64,000 nucleotides of DNA from an uncultured Actinomycetes bacterium (GTDB lineage Bacteria > Actinomycetota > Thermoleophilia > UBA2241), in contig CAVRZA010000008.1 in assembly GCA_963725665.1 (NCBI GenBank), forward strand, positions 64,001-128,000, written 5' to 3'. This document shows, in pieces, positions 1 to 11,273 of this stretch. Each line of letters starts with the position of its first letter. Position 1 is the stretch's first letter. The notes beneath the pieces were generated by a model, which saw only the letters and a list, made by a program, of their open reading frames with translations, was not told the DNA's origin and made no database searches. The position numbers were made by a program, and so were the translations under genes.

Positions 1-1536
1 GTCAAGCCGGTGGCCGAGAACGAGGTCGTCCTCGAGGTCGAAGTGCCGCAGGACGACATCAAGGACAAGGTGGAGAAGACGATCGAGCGCCTCTCCCGAG
101 AGATGAGCGTTCCAGGCTTTCGCAAGGGCCATGTCCCGCGAGCGGTCGTCCTCAACCGCCTCGGCAAGGACTACGTGCTGAGCGAGACGCTGCGCGACCA
201 CCTCGGCGACTGGTACGGCGAGGCTCTCGACGAGGCGAGGGTCGACCCCGTCTCTCAGCCCGACATCGACTTCGACGAGTTCAACGACGACGGCACTTTC
301 GCCTTCACGGCCAAGGTGCAAGTGCGTCCCACGCCCGTCCTGGGCCAGTACAAGGGTCTCCGTGTGCCGAAGCGGTCGGTCGGAGTGACTGACGCCCAGG
401 TCGACGCACAGCTCACGATGTTGCAGGAGCGCTTCGCCAGCCTCAAGCCGGTCGAGGGCCGCCCCGTGCGCGAGGACGACTTCGTCGTCATCGACTTCAC
501 AGGCTCGCGAGACGGCGGACCCATCGAAGGCGCACAGGCGCAGGACTACATGACGCAGGTGGGTCGCGGCGCGCTGATCGGGGGGTTTGACGAGGCCCTG
601 ATCGGCAGCGAGCAGGGCGAGGAGAAGGAGTTCCCCTTGACCTTCCCGGACGACTACGGCGTCGAGGAGCTGCAGGGTGCTGAGGCCACGTTCACGGTGA
701 AGGTCAAAGAGATCAAAGAGAAGCTCGTTCCCGCGCTCGACGACGACTTCGCCAAGGAGGCGAGCGAGTTCGAGACTCTGGCGGAGTTGCGCGACGACAT
801 GCGCGCGCGGCTGCAGCAAGCCCAAGAGGCTGCAGCCGAGCGCGAGTTCCGCTCCGCGGTGATCGACGAGGCGGTCGCCAACGCCAATGTCTCGCTGCCG
901 CCGGCGATGGTCGACCGGCAGGTCGACGCCCTCTACCACGACCTCGAACACACAGTCCAGGATCAGGGGATGACGATGGAGGCCTACCTGGGCGCCATCG
1001 AGCGCACGCCGGAGCAGGTACACGACGAGCTGCGCCCGCGGGCCGAGGCGAACCTTAAGCGTAGCCTGGTCATCGATGCGGTCCGCGAGGCCGAGAACCT
1101 CGAGGTGACCGACGACGAGGTGCGGGAGCGCATCAAGCACGACGCCGAGATCCTGCAGCGCGATCCCAACCAGCTCGTGATCGACGCGTACGCGTCGGGA
1201 CGGCAGGAACTGGTACGCGAGGAGCTGCTGATGGCCAAGGCGGTCGATGTCCTGGTCGACAACGCGGTCGTCACCGAGACTGAGCCTGCAGTCGACGCCG
1301 AGGAAGAGACCGAGCTCGCAGTCGACGCCGAGGAAGAGACCGAGCTCGCAGTCGACGCCGAGGAAGAGACCGCAGTCGCAGTCGACGCCGAGGAAGAGAC
1401 CGAACTCGCAGTCGACGCCGGGGAAGAGGCCGAGGTCCAGGTCGAAGCAAAGGCCGAGCCTGCGGTCCATGAGGAGGGCGAGCCCGTGCGTGAGGCCGCC
1501 GCCGAGCCCGCGGCGAGCGGCGCGAGCGATACATGA
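1..1536 (+). CDS. tig: Trigger factor (first few codons probably outside the window), with an acidic repeat-containing C-terminal tail
   Basis: Ribosome-binding signature [13 protein letters not shown]-type PPIase domain (VVIDFTG...GFDEALIG...FPDDY) and C-terminal domain; lies upstream of clpP-clpX. Confidence 0.97.
   Translation, partial: VKPVAENEVVLEVEVPQDDIKDKVEKTIERLSREMSVPGFRKGHVPRAVVLNRLGKDYVLSETLRDHLGDWYGEALDEARVDPVSQPDIDFDEFNDDGTFAFTAKVQVRPTPVLGQYKGLRVPKRSVGVTDAQVDAQLTMLQERFASLKPVEGRPVREDDFVVIDFTGSRDGGPIEGAQAQDYMTQVGRGALIGGFDEALIGSEQGEEKEFPLTFPDDYGVEELQGAEATFTVKVKEIKEKLVPALDDDFAKEASEFETLAELRDDMRARLQQAQEAAAEREFRSAVIDEAVANANVSLPPAMVDRQVDALYHDLEHTVQDQGMTMEAYLGAIERTPEQVHDELRPRAEANLKRSLVIDAVREAENLEVTDDEVRERIKHDAEILQRDPNQLVIDAYASGRQELVREELLMAKAVDVLVDNAVVTETEPAVDAEEETELAVDAEEETELAVDAEEETAVAVDAEEETELAVDAGEEAEVQVEAKAEPAVHEEGEPVREAAAEPAASGASDT
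1288..1440 (+). repeat. 30-bp in-frame tandem repeat (about 5 copies) in the tig 3' end, encoding [10 protein letters not shown] units
   Basis: GCAGTCGACGCCGAGGAAGAGACCGAGCTC repeated head-to-tail with few substitutions. Confidence 0.95.
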
Positions 1537-1622
1537 GGGCACCGCCAGTGCCGATGAACGTCTCAGGACCGACGACGAGACCGACGGTGCCCCCACAGGC
1601 GCCGAAAGGAGTGAAAGCGCAG

Positions 1623-2204
1623 ATGCCTCTGGTCCCCATGGTGGTCGAGCAGACCAGCCGCGGCGAGCGTGCCTTCGACATCTACTCCCGCCTGCTCAAC
1701 GAACGTGTCGTGTTCCTGGGCACGCCGATCAACGACGAGGTCGCCAATCTGGTCGTTGCCCAGCTCATCCATCTAGAATCCGAGGACCCCGACAAGGACA
1801 TCAGCGTCTACATCAACAGCCCCGGTGGGTCGGTGTACTCGGGCTTGGCGATCTACGACACGATGCAGTTCATCAAGCCCGACGTGTCGACGATCTGCGT
1901 GGGGATGGCCATGAGCATGGGCGCCCTCCTGCTCGCCGGGGGGGCGAAAGGAAAGCGCTACGCCCTGCCGAATGCGAAGGTGCTGATCCACCAGGTGCTC
2001 GGCAGTTTCGAGGGTCAGGTCACCGATATCGAGATCCACGCGCGTGAGATGGTCGACATGCGCCGGCGCCTCGACGAGATCCTGGCGAAGCACGCGGATC
2101 AGACGGTGGAGAAGGTGCACGCCGACACCGACCGCGACTACTTCATGTCGGCGGACGAGGCGAAGGCGTACGGCATCATCGACGATGTGATCTCGCATCG
2201 GTAG
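1623..2204 (+). CDS. clpP: ATP-dependent Clp protease proteolytic subunit
   Basis: [11 protein letters not shown]...DIYSRLL, YINSPGG, catalytic Ser (AMSMG), His and Asp (DRD); SD GAAAGGAG before ATG 1623. Confidence 0.98.
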   Translation: MPLVPMVVEQTSRGERAFDIYSRLLNERVVFLGTPINDEVANLVVAQLIHLESEDPDKDISVYINSPGGSVYSGLAIYDTMQFIKPDVSTICVGMAMSMGALLLAGGAKGKRYALPNAKVLIHQVLGSFEGQVTDIEIHAREMVDMRRRLDEILAKHADQTVEKVHADTDRDYFMSADEAKAYGIIDDVISHR

Positions 2205-2223
2205 ATCGGTAGGAGGCATCACC

Positions 2224-3498
2224 TTGGCAGGACCGACCGACAGCAACGATCAGCTCCTCTGCAGCTTCTGCGGCAAGTCGCAACGGCAGGTGAAGAAGTT
2301 GATCGCCGGCCCCGGCGTGTACATCTGCGACGAGTGCATCGACCTCTGCAACGAGATCATCGACGAAGAGCTGACGGCTCCGGCGACGCTCGATCTCGAG
2401 ACGCTGCCGCGTCCGCGCGACATCAACGCCATCCTCAAGGACTACGTCGTGGGGCAGGATGAGGCCAAGCGCACGCTGTCGGTGGCCGTCTACAACCACT
2501 ACAAGCGCATCCAGGCCATCGCCTCGGGCGAGGCCGACGTGGAGCTGCAGAAGTCCAACATCCTTCTGCTCGGGCCGACCGGGTGCGGCAAGACCCTTCT
2601 GGCCCAGACCCTGGCGCGCATCTTGAACGTGCCCTTCGCCATCGCCGACGCCACCGCGCTCACCGAGGCCGGCTACGTCGGTGAGGACGTCGAGAACATC
2701 CTTCTCAAGCTGATCCAAGCGGCCGACTTCGACGTCAAGCGCGCCGAGACCGGGATCATCTACATCGACGAGGTCGACAAGATCGCGCGCAAGGCCGACA
2801 ACCCGTCGATCACGCGGGACGTCTCGGGCGAGGGCGTGCAGCAGGCCTTGCTGAAGATCCTCGAAGGGACCGTGGCCAGCGTGCCGCCGCAGGGTGGACG
2901 CAAGCACCCCCACCAGGAGTTCCTCACCATCGACACGACGAACATCCTCTTCATCTGCGGCGGTGCCTTCGCCGGCCTCGACAAGATCATCGAGCGACGC
3001 ATCGGCAAGCAGGGCGTCGGCTTCATGGCCGACCTCTCCACCATCGCGCAGGCCAAGGACACGGGCGAGATATTCAAGTTCGTGCTGCCCGAGGACCTGC
3101 TCAACTTCGGCCTGATCCCCGAGTTCGTGGGTCGCCTGCCCGTCGTCTCGGCCGTCCACTACCTCGACCAGGATGACCTGGTGCGCATCCTCACCGAGCC
3201 GAAGAACGCGCTCGTGCGCCAATATCAGAAGTTCTTCTCCCTCGACTCCATCGAGCTGGTCTTCGCCGACGAGGCGCTGGGCGCCATAGCTACGAAGGCC
3301 CAGGAGCGGCAGACGGGCGCCCGCGGCCTGCGCTCGATCATCGAGGAGGCGCTGCTCGATGTGATGTTCGAGCTGCCCTCGCGGCGCGACGTGCGCAAGT
3401 GCGTGATCACGCGCGAGACGATCGAGAAGGGCATCAGCCCGACGCTCGTCACCGAGGCCGAGGCCTCGAGTCTCCAACTTGGCGAAGAGTCCGCCTAG
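2224..3498 (+). CDS. clpX: Clp protease ATPase subunit ClpX
   Basis: Zinc finger CSFC...CDEC, Walker [13 protein letters not shown] pore loop, [17 protein letters not shown] loop. Confidence 0.98.
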   Translation: MAGPTDSNDQLLCSFCGKSQRQVKKLIAGPGVYICDECIDLCNEIIDEELTAPATLDLETLPRPRDINAILKDYVVGQDEAKRTLSVAVYNHYKRIQAIASGEADVELQKSNILLLGPTGCGKTLLAQTLARILNVPFAIADATALTEAGYVGEDVENILLKLIQAADFDVKRAETGIIYIDEVDKIARKADNPSITRDVSGEGVQQALLKILEGTVASVPPQGGRKHPHQEFLTIDTTNILFICGGAFAGLDKIIERRIGKQGVGFMADLSTIAQAKDTGEIFKFVLPEDLLNFGLIPEFVGRLPVVSAVHYLDQDDLVRILTEPKNALVRQYQKFFSLDSIELVFADEALGAIATKAQERQTGARGLRSIIEEALLDVMFELPSRRDVRKCVITRETIEKGISPTLVTEAEASSLQLGEESA

Positions 3499-5908
3499 CC
3501 CGGCGACACCCGAGCACGTCCTGCCGCTGCTTCCCACGCGGGAGCTGATCGTCTTCCCCAAGATGGTCGCGCCCATCTTCGTGGGGCGCGAGAAGTCGGT
3601 CAGGGCCATCGAGCGCGCCTTCGCTGAGGGGTCCTCGATCGTCCTCTCGTCGCAGCGCGAGCCGACGATCGAGGACCCGACTCAAGAGGACATTCTGCCC
3701 GTGGGCACGCGGGCGACGATCGTGCAACTCTTCAAGCTGCCCGACGGCAGCGTGAAGGCGCTCGTGGAGGGTCAGGAGCGTGTGCACATCGACGCTTTCG
3801 CTGCCACGACGCCGCACTTCGTCGTCAACGTCACGCCGCTCGTCTCGGCCGATCGCAACGCGCGCCGCAGTCAGGCCCTCGCACGCCGCGTGCTCACCGA
3901 GTTCGGCCTCTACGTCGCCGCGCACCCGCAGATCCCCGACGAGGCGCAGTACATCGTCGGTGCGGCGGCCGACCCCGAGCAGGCGGCCGACCTCGTCGCC
4001 GGCCACCTGCTGGTGAGCTATGAAGAGAAACAGCGGCTCCTCGAGATGGGCTCCACTCAGGAGCGTCTGCGCGCGCTGCTCGAGTCGCTGGTCGAGGAGA
4101 ACGCCGTGCTGCAGCTCGAGCACGAACTGGGCGAGAAGGTGCAGCGGCGCATCGAGTCGATGCAGCGCCAGGCGTTCCTGCACGAGAAGATGCGCACCAT
4201 CCGCGACGAGCTCACCGAGGCGGGGGAGGAGGCCGACGACGAGGCAGGGCGGTACGCGCGCCAGGCCGCCGAGCTGGGGCTGCCCGAGGCGGCGGCCGCC
4301 GTCGTCGAGAAGGAGATCGTCAAGCTACGTACCGCCCCGCCGATGTCGCCCGAGGTCGCCGTCGTGCACACCTTCCTCGACACCGTCCTCGGGCTGCCCT
4401 GGGGAAGGACGGCGGCGACGAGGCTCGACATCGCCGCCGTCGCACGACACCTGGAGCGAACGCACTACGGCCTCAAGGACGTCAAGGACCGCATCCTCGA
4501 GTACCTTGCCGTGAGCAGGCTGTTGGGAAGCGACCAGCCGCACACCATCCTCTGCCTCGTAGGCCCGCCGGGCACGGGCAAGAGCTCGATCGCGCGCGCC
4601 ATCGCCGATGCTCTCGGGCGCCCCTTCGTGCGCGTCTCGCTCGGCGGGGTGCGCGATGAGGCCGAGATCCGCGGTCATCGGCGCACCTACGTAGGGGCGA
4701 TGCCGGGACGCATCATCGACGGTATCGCCAAGGCGGGGGTCGATAACCCCGTGATGCTCCTCGACGAGCTCGACAAGATGGAGTCGGACTGGCGCGGCAA
4801 CCCCGCGGCGGCTCTCATGGAGGTGCTCGACCCGGCGCAGAACTCCGCCTTCCGCGACAACTATCTCGAGGTCGACTACGACCTCTCGCAGGTGTTCTTC
4901 ATCGCCACCGCCAACGACGCCTACGGCATCCCGCACACCCTCTACGACCGCCTCGAGGAGATCGAGACGGGCGGCTACACGCTCGAGGAGAAGGTCGCCA
5001 TCGCGCGCCGGCACCTGCTGCCGCGCACGGCCGCCGAGAGCGGCCTCAAGCGCCGGCAGGTGCGCATCGCCGCCCCCGTCGTGCGGCGGCTGATCCGCGA
5101 GTACACACGCGAGGCCGGCGTGCGCGAGCTCGAGCGGCTGCTGCGGCGTATCTTCCGCAAGGTCGCGCGGCGCCATCTCGAAGAGGGTCTGTCGCTGCCG
5201 ATCGAGGTGACCGCCGACGACCTGGCTGCCTACCTCGGCGAGCCGCGCTACCGTGAGAGCGAGCTATCGCGGCGCCAGATGGTCGGCGAGTGTCTCGGCC
5301 TGGCCTACACCGCCGACGGCGGCGACGTGCTGACGATCGAGGCCAGCATCGCCAAGGGGCGCGGCGAGCTCATCCTCACCGGTCAGCTCGGCGAGGTCAT
5401 GCAGGAGTCGGCGTCGGCGGCGTGGGGCTATCTGCTTGCGCACCTCGAGTCCGACCCCACACTGCGGCAGCTCGCGCGCCGCTCGCGCTACGCCGGCAAG
5501 AGAGGGCTCGATCTGGCCAACCGCGACGTGCGCGTGCACGTCCCCGAGGGCGCTGTGCCCAAGGACGGGCCGTCCGCGGGTCTCGCCATAGCGGCCGCCC
5601 TGCTCTCGGCCGTTACCGGCGTGCCACTGCGGCCGCGCGTGGCCATGACCGGGGAGATAACGCTCTCGGGCCGCGTCCTGCGCGTCGGCGGCCTCAAGGA
5701 GAAGTGCCTGGCCGCGGTGCGCAACGGTGTACGCACGGTGGTGCTGCCCGAGGAGAGCAGGCCCGGTGTGCGCGAGCTGCCCTCCGAGCTGGCGCGCAAG
5801 CTGGAGTTCGTCTACGTGCGCCGCTTCACCGAGGCGCTGCCGCACATCCTCTCGGGATCGGGCCTGGGCGCCGCCGTCCCGGCGGCGAGCCAGGACCCCG
5901 GCTGCTAG
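3479..5908 (+). CDS. lon: Lon protease
   Basis: LON N domain, [22 protein letters not shown], catalytic PKDGPSAG and GGLKEK. Confidence 0.97.
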   Translation: MAKSPPSPATPEHVLPLLPTRELIVFPKMVAPIFVGREKSVRAIERAFAEGSSIVLSSQREPTIEDPTQEDILPVGTRATIVQLFKLPDGSVKALVEGQERVHIDAFAATTPHFVVNVTPLVSADRNARRSQALARRVLTEFGLYVAAHPQIPDEAQYIVGAAADPEQAADLVAGHLLVSYEEKQRLLEMGSTQERLRALLESLVEENAVLQLEHELGEKVQRRIESMQRQAFLHEKMRTIRDELTEAGEEADDEAGRYARQAAELGLPEAAAAVVEKEIVKLRTAPPMSPEVAVVHTFLDTVLGLPWGRTAATRLDIAAVARHLERTHYGLKDVKDRILEYLAVSRLLGSDQPHTILCLVGPPGTGKSSIARAIADALGRPFVRVSLGGVRDEAEIRGHRRTYVGAMPGRIIDGIAKAGVDNPVMLLDELDKMESDWRGNPAAALMEVLDPAQNSAFRDNYLEVDYDLSQVFFIATANDAYGIPHTLYDRLEEIETGGYTLEEKVAIARRHLLPRTAAESGLKRRQVRIAAPVVRRLIREYTREAGVRELERLLRRIFRKVARRHLEEGLSLPIEVTADDLAAYLGEPRYRESELSRRQMVGECLGLAYTADGGDVLTIEASIAKGRGELILTGQLGEVMQESASAAWGYLLAHLESDPTLRQLARRSRYAGKRGLDLANRDVRVHVPEGAVPKDGPSAGLAIAAALLSAVTGVPLRPRVAMTGEITLSGRVLRVGGLKEKCLAAVRNGVRTVVLPEESRPGVRELPSELARKLEFVYVRRFTEALPHILSGSGLGAAVPAASQDPGC

Positions 5909-5923
5909 AGGCCGCGGTCCGGC

Positions 5924-5932
5924 TGGTATACT
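5924..5932 (+). promoter_or_regulatory. Extended -10 element (TGgTATACT) for valS
   Basis: TGnTATACT ending 11 nt before the valS ATG; no SD, implying a very short leader. Confidence 0.6.
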
Positions 5933-5943
5933 CGCAAGCCGCC

Positions 5944-8586
5944 ATGGACGCCGAGGCACGCACCTATCTCGAAGCGACGACGCGCTTCGCGCCGCAAGAA
6001 GTCGAAGCGCGCTGGATGGCGGACTGGCTCGAGAGCCACCTCTTCCATGCCGAGGTCGATGCCTCGCGCACGCCCTACTCGATCGTCATCCCGCCGCCCA
6101 ACATCACCGGCAACCTGCACATGGGCCACGCGCTCAACGGGACCATCCAGGATGTGATGATCCGCTACCGCCGCATGCGGGGCGACAACGCCTGCTGGCT
6201 CGTGGGCACTGATCACGCCGGGATCGCCACGCAGAACGTGGTCGAGAAGCAGCTCGCGCGCGAGGGCCTCACCAAGGAGGATCTGGGGCGCGAGGAGTTC
6301 GTGCGGCGCGTCTGGGCCTGGCGCGAACAGTACGGCGGCACGATCATTCAGCAGCTCAAGCGCCTCGGCTGCGCCTGCGACTACGAGCGCGAGCGCTTCA
6401 CCTTCGACGAGGGCTACGTGCGCGCCGTCAACAAGGTGTTCGTCGCCCTGTACGACAAGGGCTGCATCTACAAGGATTCCTACCTCGTCAACTGGTGCCC
6501 GCGCTGCGGCACGGCCATCAGCGACCTCGAGGTCGCCCACGTCGAAGAGCGGGGCAAGCTCTACCACGTGCGCTACGAGCTGGAGGGCGGCGGCTCGGTC
6601 ACGATCGCCACGACGCGCCCCGAGACGATGCTCGGCGACACGGCCGTCGCCGTGAACCCGGGCGACGGCCGCTACGCCGGCATCGTGGGGCGCGTCGCGC
6701 TCCTCCCGCTCCTCGGCCGCCGCCTACCGGTGATCGCCGATGATCGCGTCGAGGCCGAGTTCGGCACCGGGGCGCTCAAGATCACGCCGGCGCACGACAT
6801 CACCGACTTCGAGATCGGCCGCGACCACGGCCTGGACACCGTGCAGGCGATCGGCCCCGACGGGCGCATCACCGAGGCCGGCGGTCCGTACGCCGGCCTG
6901 GGCGTCGACGAGGCGCGCGAGCGCGTCATCGCTGACCTGCTGGCGCAGGGCGCTCTCGAGAAGGCCGAGGAGTTCTCCCACAGTGTTGCCACCTGCGACC
7001 GCTGCGGCACGCACATCGAGCCGCTCATCTCGCTGCAGTGGTTCATGCGCATGGACGAGCTCAAGGAGCCGGCCATGGAGGTGGTGCGCGAGGGCAAGGT
7101 GCGCTTCGTGCCCGAGCGCTGGGCGCGGGTCTACCTCGACTGGATGGAGAACCTGCGTCCCTGGTGCGTCTCGCGCCAGCTCTGGTGGGGGCACCGTCTG
7201 CCCGTGTGGTACTGCGACGATTGCGGCGCCGTGCTCGTGCAGGAGGCAGCGCCGGAGCGTTGCGCGAAGTGCGGCGCGCAGGCGCCGAGGCAGGAGACCG
7301 ACGTCCTCGACACCTGGTTCAGCTCGGCCCTCTGGCCGTTCGCCACCTGGGGCTGGCCCGACGAGACCCCCGACCTCGCGTACTTCTACCCCACAGGCTT
7401 GCTGAGCACGGCGCGCGAGATCATCTTCCTCTGGGTCTCGCGCATGGTGATGATGGGCCTCGAGTTCGTCGGCGAGGTCCCTTTCGACGACGTCTACATC
7501 CACTCGGTGATCCAGGCCGCCGACGGGCGGCGCATGAGCAAGTCGCTGGGCACGGGGATCGACCCTCTGGAGATGATCGACAAGTACGGCGCCGACGCCA
7601 CGCGCTTCGGTCTGCTGGCGATGTCGAGCGGCCAGGACGTGCGCTTCAGCGAAGAGAAGATCGAGATGGGGCGCAACTTCGCGAACAAGCTGTGGAACGC
7701 CTCGCGGCTCGTCTTGCTGGCCGCCGGCGACGTCGAGCTGGCACGCTCCGAGGTCGACCAGGTCGACCGCTGGATCGAGAGCCGCCTCGCGCGCTGCGTG
7801 GCCGCGGTCCAGGAAGCGCTCGCCGCCTATGACTTCTCGGAGGCGGTGGACACGGCCTACCACTTCGTGTGGGACGAGTTCTGCGACTGGTACCTCGAGA
7901 TGGCCAAGCTACGCGTCTACGGCGACGACGAAGCGCAGCGGCTCGTGGCGGCCGGCCACGCGCGCTACATGCTCGACGCGATCCTGCGTCTGCTGCACCC
8001 CTTCCTGCCCTTCGTCACCGAACAGGTCGCCGCCCTCACCGACGAGGCTCCGCTGCTGGAGCGCCGCTACCCGCGGGTCGACGAGGCGCGTCTGGCGCCC
8101 GCCGACGAGCGAATCATCGCCCAACTTCAGAAGGCGATTGTCGCGGTTCGAACCTATCGAGCCGAGACGGGCGTCCCCCAGAGCGCAAGGCTTGTCGCAA
8201 GACTCCTGCCAGATAGCCACGACATAGCGGAGCTCTTCCGACAGTACGAGTCCGTGATTGCTGGCCTGACACGGACAACTATCCAAGCGAGCGGCACGGC
8301 TCGGGTTACCTTCTCCGCGACAGCCAACGTGATTGTCATTCCAGGTGGGACTCGACTTGAGGTCGAGGCGCTTGGCGTCGACCGTGCCGAGGAGCAGAAG
8401 CGGCTGCAGGTGCAGCTCGCGAGGCTCGACGCCGAGGTCGGTCGCGCCGAGGCCAAGCTGGCGAACGAATCGTTCGTGGGCAAGGCGCCGGCGGCTGTGG
8501 TCGAGAAGGAGCGCGAGAAGCTCGCCGCCTACCGCGCCGACCGCGACGAACTGTCCGCGCGGCTCGCCCTGCTTCAGCAAGGCTGA
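5944..8586 (+). CDS. valS: Valyl-tRNA synthetase
   Basis: PPPNITGNLHMGH (HIGH), WCVSRQLWWGH, RMSKS (KMSKS) and C-terminal coiled coil ending in LANESFVGKAP. The start is ATG 5944, not 5290. Confidence 0.98.
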   Translation: MDAEARTYLEATTRFAPQEVEARWMADWLESHLFHAEVDASRTPYSIVIPPPNITGNLHMGHALNGTIQDVMIRYRRMRGDNACWLVGTDHAGIATQNVVEKQLAREGLTKEDLGREEFVRRVWAWREQYGGTIIQQLKRLGCACDYERERFTFDEGYVRAVNKVFVALYDKGCIYKDSYLVNWCPRCGTAISDLEVAHVEERGKLYHVRYELEGGGSVTIATTRPETMLGDTAVAVNPGDGRYAGIVGRVALLPLLGRRLPVIADDRVEAEFGTGALKITPAHDITDFEIGRDHGLDTVQAIGPDGRITEAGGPYAGLGVDEARERVIADLLAQGALEKAEEFSHSVATCDRCGTHIEPLISLQWFMRMDELKEPAMEVVREGKVRFVPERWARVYLDWMENLRPWCVSRQLWWGHRLPVWYCDDCGAVLVQEAAPERCAKCGAQAPRQETDVLDTWFSSALWPFATWGWPDETPDLAYFYPTGLLSTAREIIFLWVSRMVMMGLEFVGEVPFDDVYIHSVIQAADGRRMSKSLGTGIDPLEMIDKYGADATRFGLLAMSSGQDVRFSEEKIEMGRNFANKLWNASRLVLLAAGDVELARSEVDQVDRWIESRLARCVAAVQEALAAYDFSEAVDTAYHFVWDEFCDWYLEMAKLRVYGDDEAQRLVAAGHARYMLDAILRLLHPFLPFVTEQVAALTDEAPLLERRYPRVDEARLAPADERIIAQLQKAIVAVRTYRAETGVPQSARLVARLLPDSHDIAELFRQYESVIAGLTRTTIQASGTARVTFSATANVIVIPGGTRLEVEALGVDRAEEQKRLQVQLARLDAEVGRAEAKLANESFVGKAPAAVVEKEREKLAAYRADRDELSARLALLQQG

Positions 8587-8592
8587 CGCCCG

Positions 8593-9903
8593 GTGGCTGC
8601 CGGCGGGGGTCGCGGCGCGGATTGGGAGGCGTACCTTCGTTCGCTAGCGGTCTTCGGCATGCGGCCCGGTCTCGAGCGGGTCGCTGCCCTGCTGGGCGCA
8701 CTCGGAGGCCCGCACGAACGCTTTCGCGCCATCCACGTCGTTGGCACTAACGGCAAGTCCTCGACGACCCGCTACGCCGAAGCCATCCTGCGCGCCCACG
8801 GCGTGCGTTCGGGGGCGTACCTCTCGCCACACATCACCGGCTTCGCCGAGCGCGTCTTGGTCGACGGGCGCTCGATCGCGGCTGAGGAGCTCGGCGACGC
8901 GGTCGCACGCGTGCGAGCCGAGAGCGAGCGCCTCCCGGCCGCTCTCGGCCCCGTGACGCAGTTCGAGGTGCTCACCGTGGCGGCGTTCATCGCTCTGGCG
9001 TCTGCCGGTGTGACGCATGCCGCGATCGAGGCCGGCCTGGGCGGTCGGCTCGACGCCACCAACTGCCTACACGCGCCTGTGGTCGTGCTCACGAGCGTCG
9101 AGCTCGAGCACACCGAGGTGCTGGGCGACACGCGCGAGGCGATCTTCGCCGAGAAGATCGCCGTTGTCGGATCGGGGGCGGACGTCGTGTTCGGCCCGCT
9201 CGAGGGACTCGAGGGGCTCGCGCGGGCGGCGTGCCGGCGTGCGCGGGCGCGGGCGCACTTCTTCGTCGAGCCGGCGGCAGCGGGCACCGAGAACGTGAGC
9301 GTGGCTGGCGGGCCCCAGCGATTCTCGGTGGTTACCGCACGACGCGCCTACGACGCTCTCAGTCTGCCGACGGAGGCGTCCTACCAGGTCGTCAACGCGG
9401 CCCTCGCCGTCGCTGCGTGTGAGCTTCTGTTCGGCGAGCTCGACCCCGAAGCCGTGCGCGCGGCGCTTGCGTCGACCGCCGTGCCGGGTCGGCTGCAGGT
9501 GGTGGCGCGACGGCCGCTGGTGCTCGCCGACGGGGCGCACAACCCGCACGGGATGCGCGTCCTGGCGGCGAGCCTCGCGGCCGTCGCGAGGCCCGCGCCG
9601 CGCGTGGGCGTCGTCGCCATGCTGCGCGACAAGGCCGTCGCCGAGATGCTGGCCGGCCTGGCGCCGCTGATCGACGAGCTGGTGTGCACGCGGGCGAGCG
9701 AAGAGCGCAGCCTCACGGCCGATGAGCTCGCTGCGCGGGCGCGCGCCGCCGGCGTCCCCGCCGGCGGCGCGGGCCCGCGCAGCGAGCCCGATCCGCATCG
9801 TGCGCTCGCGCTCGCCGAAGAGCTCGCCGGGGTGGGGGGGTCAGTGCTCGTGACGGGGTCGCTCTACCTGCTCTCTGACCTCGCCGACGTGCTCGCCCAG
9901 TGA
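8593..9903 (+). CDS. folC: Folylpolyglutamate/dihydrofolate synthase
   Basis: HVVGTNGKSS, EAGLGGRLDATN, DGAHN, GSLYL; follows valS. Confidence 0.96.
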   Translation: MAAGGGRGADWEAYLRSLAVFGMRPGLERVAALLGALGGPHERFRAIHVVGTNGKSSTTRYAEAILRAHGVRSGAYLSPHITGFAERVLVDGRSIAAEELGDAVARVRAESERLPAALGPVTQFEVLTVAAFIALASAGVTHAAIEAGLGGRLDATNCLHAPVVVLTSVELEHTEVLGDTREAIFAEKIAVVGSGADVVFGPLEGLEGLARAACRRARARAHFFVEPAAAGTENVSVAGGPQRFSVVTARRAYDALSLPTEASYQVVNAALAVAACELLFGELDPEAVRAALASTAVPGRLQVVARRPLVLADGAHNPHGMRVLAASLAAVARPAPRVGVVAMLRDKAVAEMLAGLAPLIDELVCTRASEERSLTADELAARARAAGVPAGGAGPRSEPDPHRALALAEELAGVGGSVLVTGSLYLLSDLADVLAQ

Positions 9904-9929
9904 CCGAGTCGAGCGAGATGCCCTTGGTC

Positions 9930-9935
9930 TATACT
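9930..9935 (+). promoter_or_regulatory. -10 element TATACT upstream of the small ORF/zinc-ribbon genes
   Basis: TATACT in a GC-rich intergenic region, 25 nt before ATG 9961. Confidence 0.5.
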
Positions 9936-9960
9936 AGGCCGACCCGTCGAAAGGCAGAGG

Positions 9961-10089
9961 ATGGCCGCCGGTTCGAGCACCTTGGTCCGCATCTTGTTCA
10001 CGATCCTGCTGTTGCTCGCCGTGGCCGTCGTCTCGTTCTTCATCGGCTACCTGATCGGCCCGCCGCTGCTGAACAGGGTACTCGGGTGA
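9961..10089 (+). CDS. 42-aa single-TM small protein (not in the ORF track)
   Basis: MAAGSSTLVRILFTILLLLAVAVVSFFIGYLIGPPLLNRVLG; purine-rich SD, upstream -10 and host-like codon usage. Confidence 0.75.
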   Translation: MAAGSSTLVRILFTILLLLAVAVVSFFIGYLIGPPLLNRVLG

Positions 10090-10144
10090 CGCGTAGAAGA
10101 GACGTCCGTCCCACGGCACGTGGACGAACGAGGAGGACGAGACG

Positions 10145-10654
10145 GTGCACTTGCTTGTGATGGCGAACGACACGTCGAGCGATCCCTTCGGGTCGATCAA
10201 GGACTTCTTCCAGTCGTCCACCTGGCATTTCATCGAGTACATGTTCATCTTCTTCGCCATCGTCCTGTGGCTCGCCTGTGCCTACTGGATCTACAAGGAC
10301 TCCCGGCGGCGGATCGACGACACCATCGTGATCGTGGTCGCCGTGCTCACGGGGGTGGTGTTCGGTCCCTTCGGGGTGCTCATCTACGCCATCCTCCGCC
10401 CGCCCGAATACCTCGACGACATCCGCGAGCGCGAGCTCGAGATGCGCACGCTCGAGCAGCGCCTGGCCGAGGAAGCGCGCTGTCCGCACTGCAAGGCGCG
10501 CGTGCGCGAGGACTTCCTGATCTGTCCGAACTGCATGCGCCGCCTGCGCGGCGTGTGCCCCAATTGCCGCCGGCCCGCCGAACCGAGCTGGAGGGTGTGT
10601 CCCTACTGCGAGGAGCAGCTCATGGCGGAGCCGGCCGGCTACGAGCTGCGCTAG
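10145..10654 (+). CDS. Membrane protein with C-terminal double zinc ribbon
   Basis: Two to three TM segments followed by CPHC, CPNC, CPNC and CPYC. Confidence 0.88.
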   Translation: MHLLVMANDTSSDPFGSIKDFFQSSTWHFIEYMFIFFAIVLWLACAYWIYKDSRRRIDDTIVIVVAVLTGVVFGPFGVLIYAILRPPEYLDDIRERELEMRTLEQRLAEEARCPHCKARVREDFLICPNCMRRLRGVCPNCRRPAEPSWRVCPYCEEQLMAEPAGYELR

Positions 10655-10819
10655 CCGGTCAGGCCTCGTCGGCGGAGCTGGGCCGCGACGCGGCGGCCCG
10701 GTCGCATGCCCGGACGACAGAAGACTGGCTCTGAACACGGCACGAGGCGCCGGGCGTCTCGCTCCTCTGCCGGCGGAGCGGCGGCCCATCGGACGACCAA
10801 CGGTCCCAGGGAGGTCGAT

Positions 10820-11233
10820 GTGGAACGGACGTTCATCATGCTGAAGCCCAACGGCGTCGAGCGCGGCCTCGTGGGCGAGATCGTGGCGCGCTTCGAGCGC
10901 CGCGGGTTGACCCTGAGGGGGTTGAAGCTGCTGCGCCTTTCGAGAGAGTTGGCCGAACGACACTACGCGGAGCACCGCGAGAAGCCGTTCTTCGAGCCGC
11001 TCCTGACGTTCATCACCTCGGGGCCGGTCGTGGCGATGGTGTGGGAGGGACCCGAGGCGATCGCCGTGGCGCGGACCATGATGGGCTCCACGAACCCTGT
11101 GCACGCGGCCCCGGGCACGATCAGGGGCGATTTCGCGCTCGACACGGAGAGGAACATCGTCCACGGGTCCGACGGCTCCGAGAGCGCCGCGCGGGAGATC
11201 GCACTCTACTTCCGCGACGACGAGCTGGTGTAG
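10820..11233 (+). CDS. ndk: Nucleoside diphosphate kinase
   Basis: [24 protein letters not shown]; GTG start after SD GGAGG. Confidence 0.98.
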   Translation: MERTFIMLKPNGVERGLVGEIVARFERRGLTLRGLKLLRLSRELAERHYAEHREKPFFEPLLTFITSGPVVAMVWEGPEAIAVARTMMGSTNPVHAAPGTIRGDFALDTERNIVHGSDGSESAAREIALYFRDDELV

Positions 11234-11273
11234 CGACCGCCGCTGTGAGCCCCGACCGCCGCTGGCGCGTGAC

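Noticed and set aside
1288-1440. Possible CRISPR array (30-bp periodicity)
   Set aside because: Units are contiguous with no unique spacers, lie in frame within tig, and no cas genes are present.
5290-5943. 218-aa N-terminal extension of ValRS in the ORF track
   Set aside because: It is an off-frame read-through of lon; a -10 element and ATG 5944 mark the real start.
8110-8373. DGR variable region or intein as the explanation for the valS patch
   Set aside because: No reverse transcriptase or template repeat is visible in the window, and there are no intein splice motifs. The patch replaces sequence rather than adding a domain.
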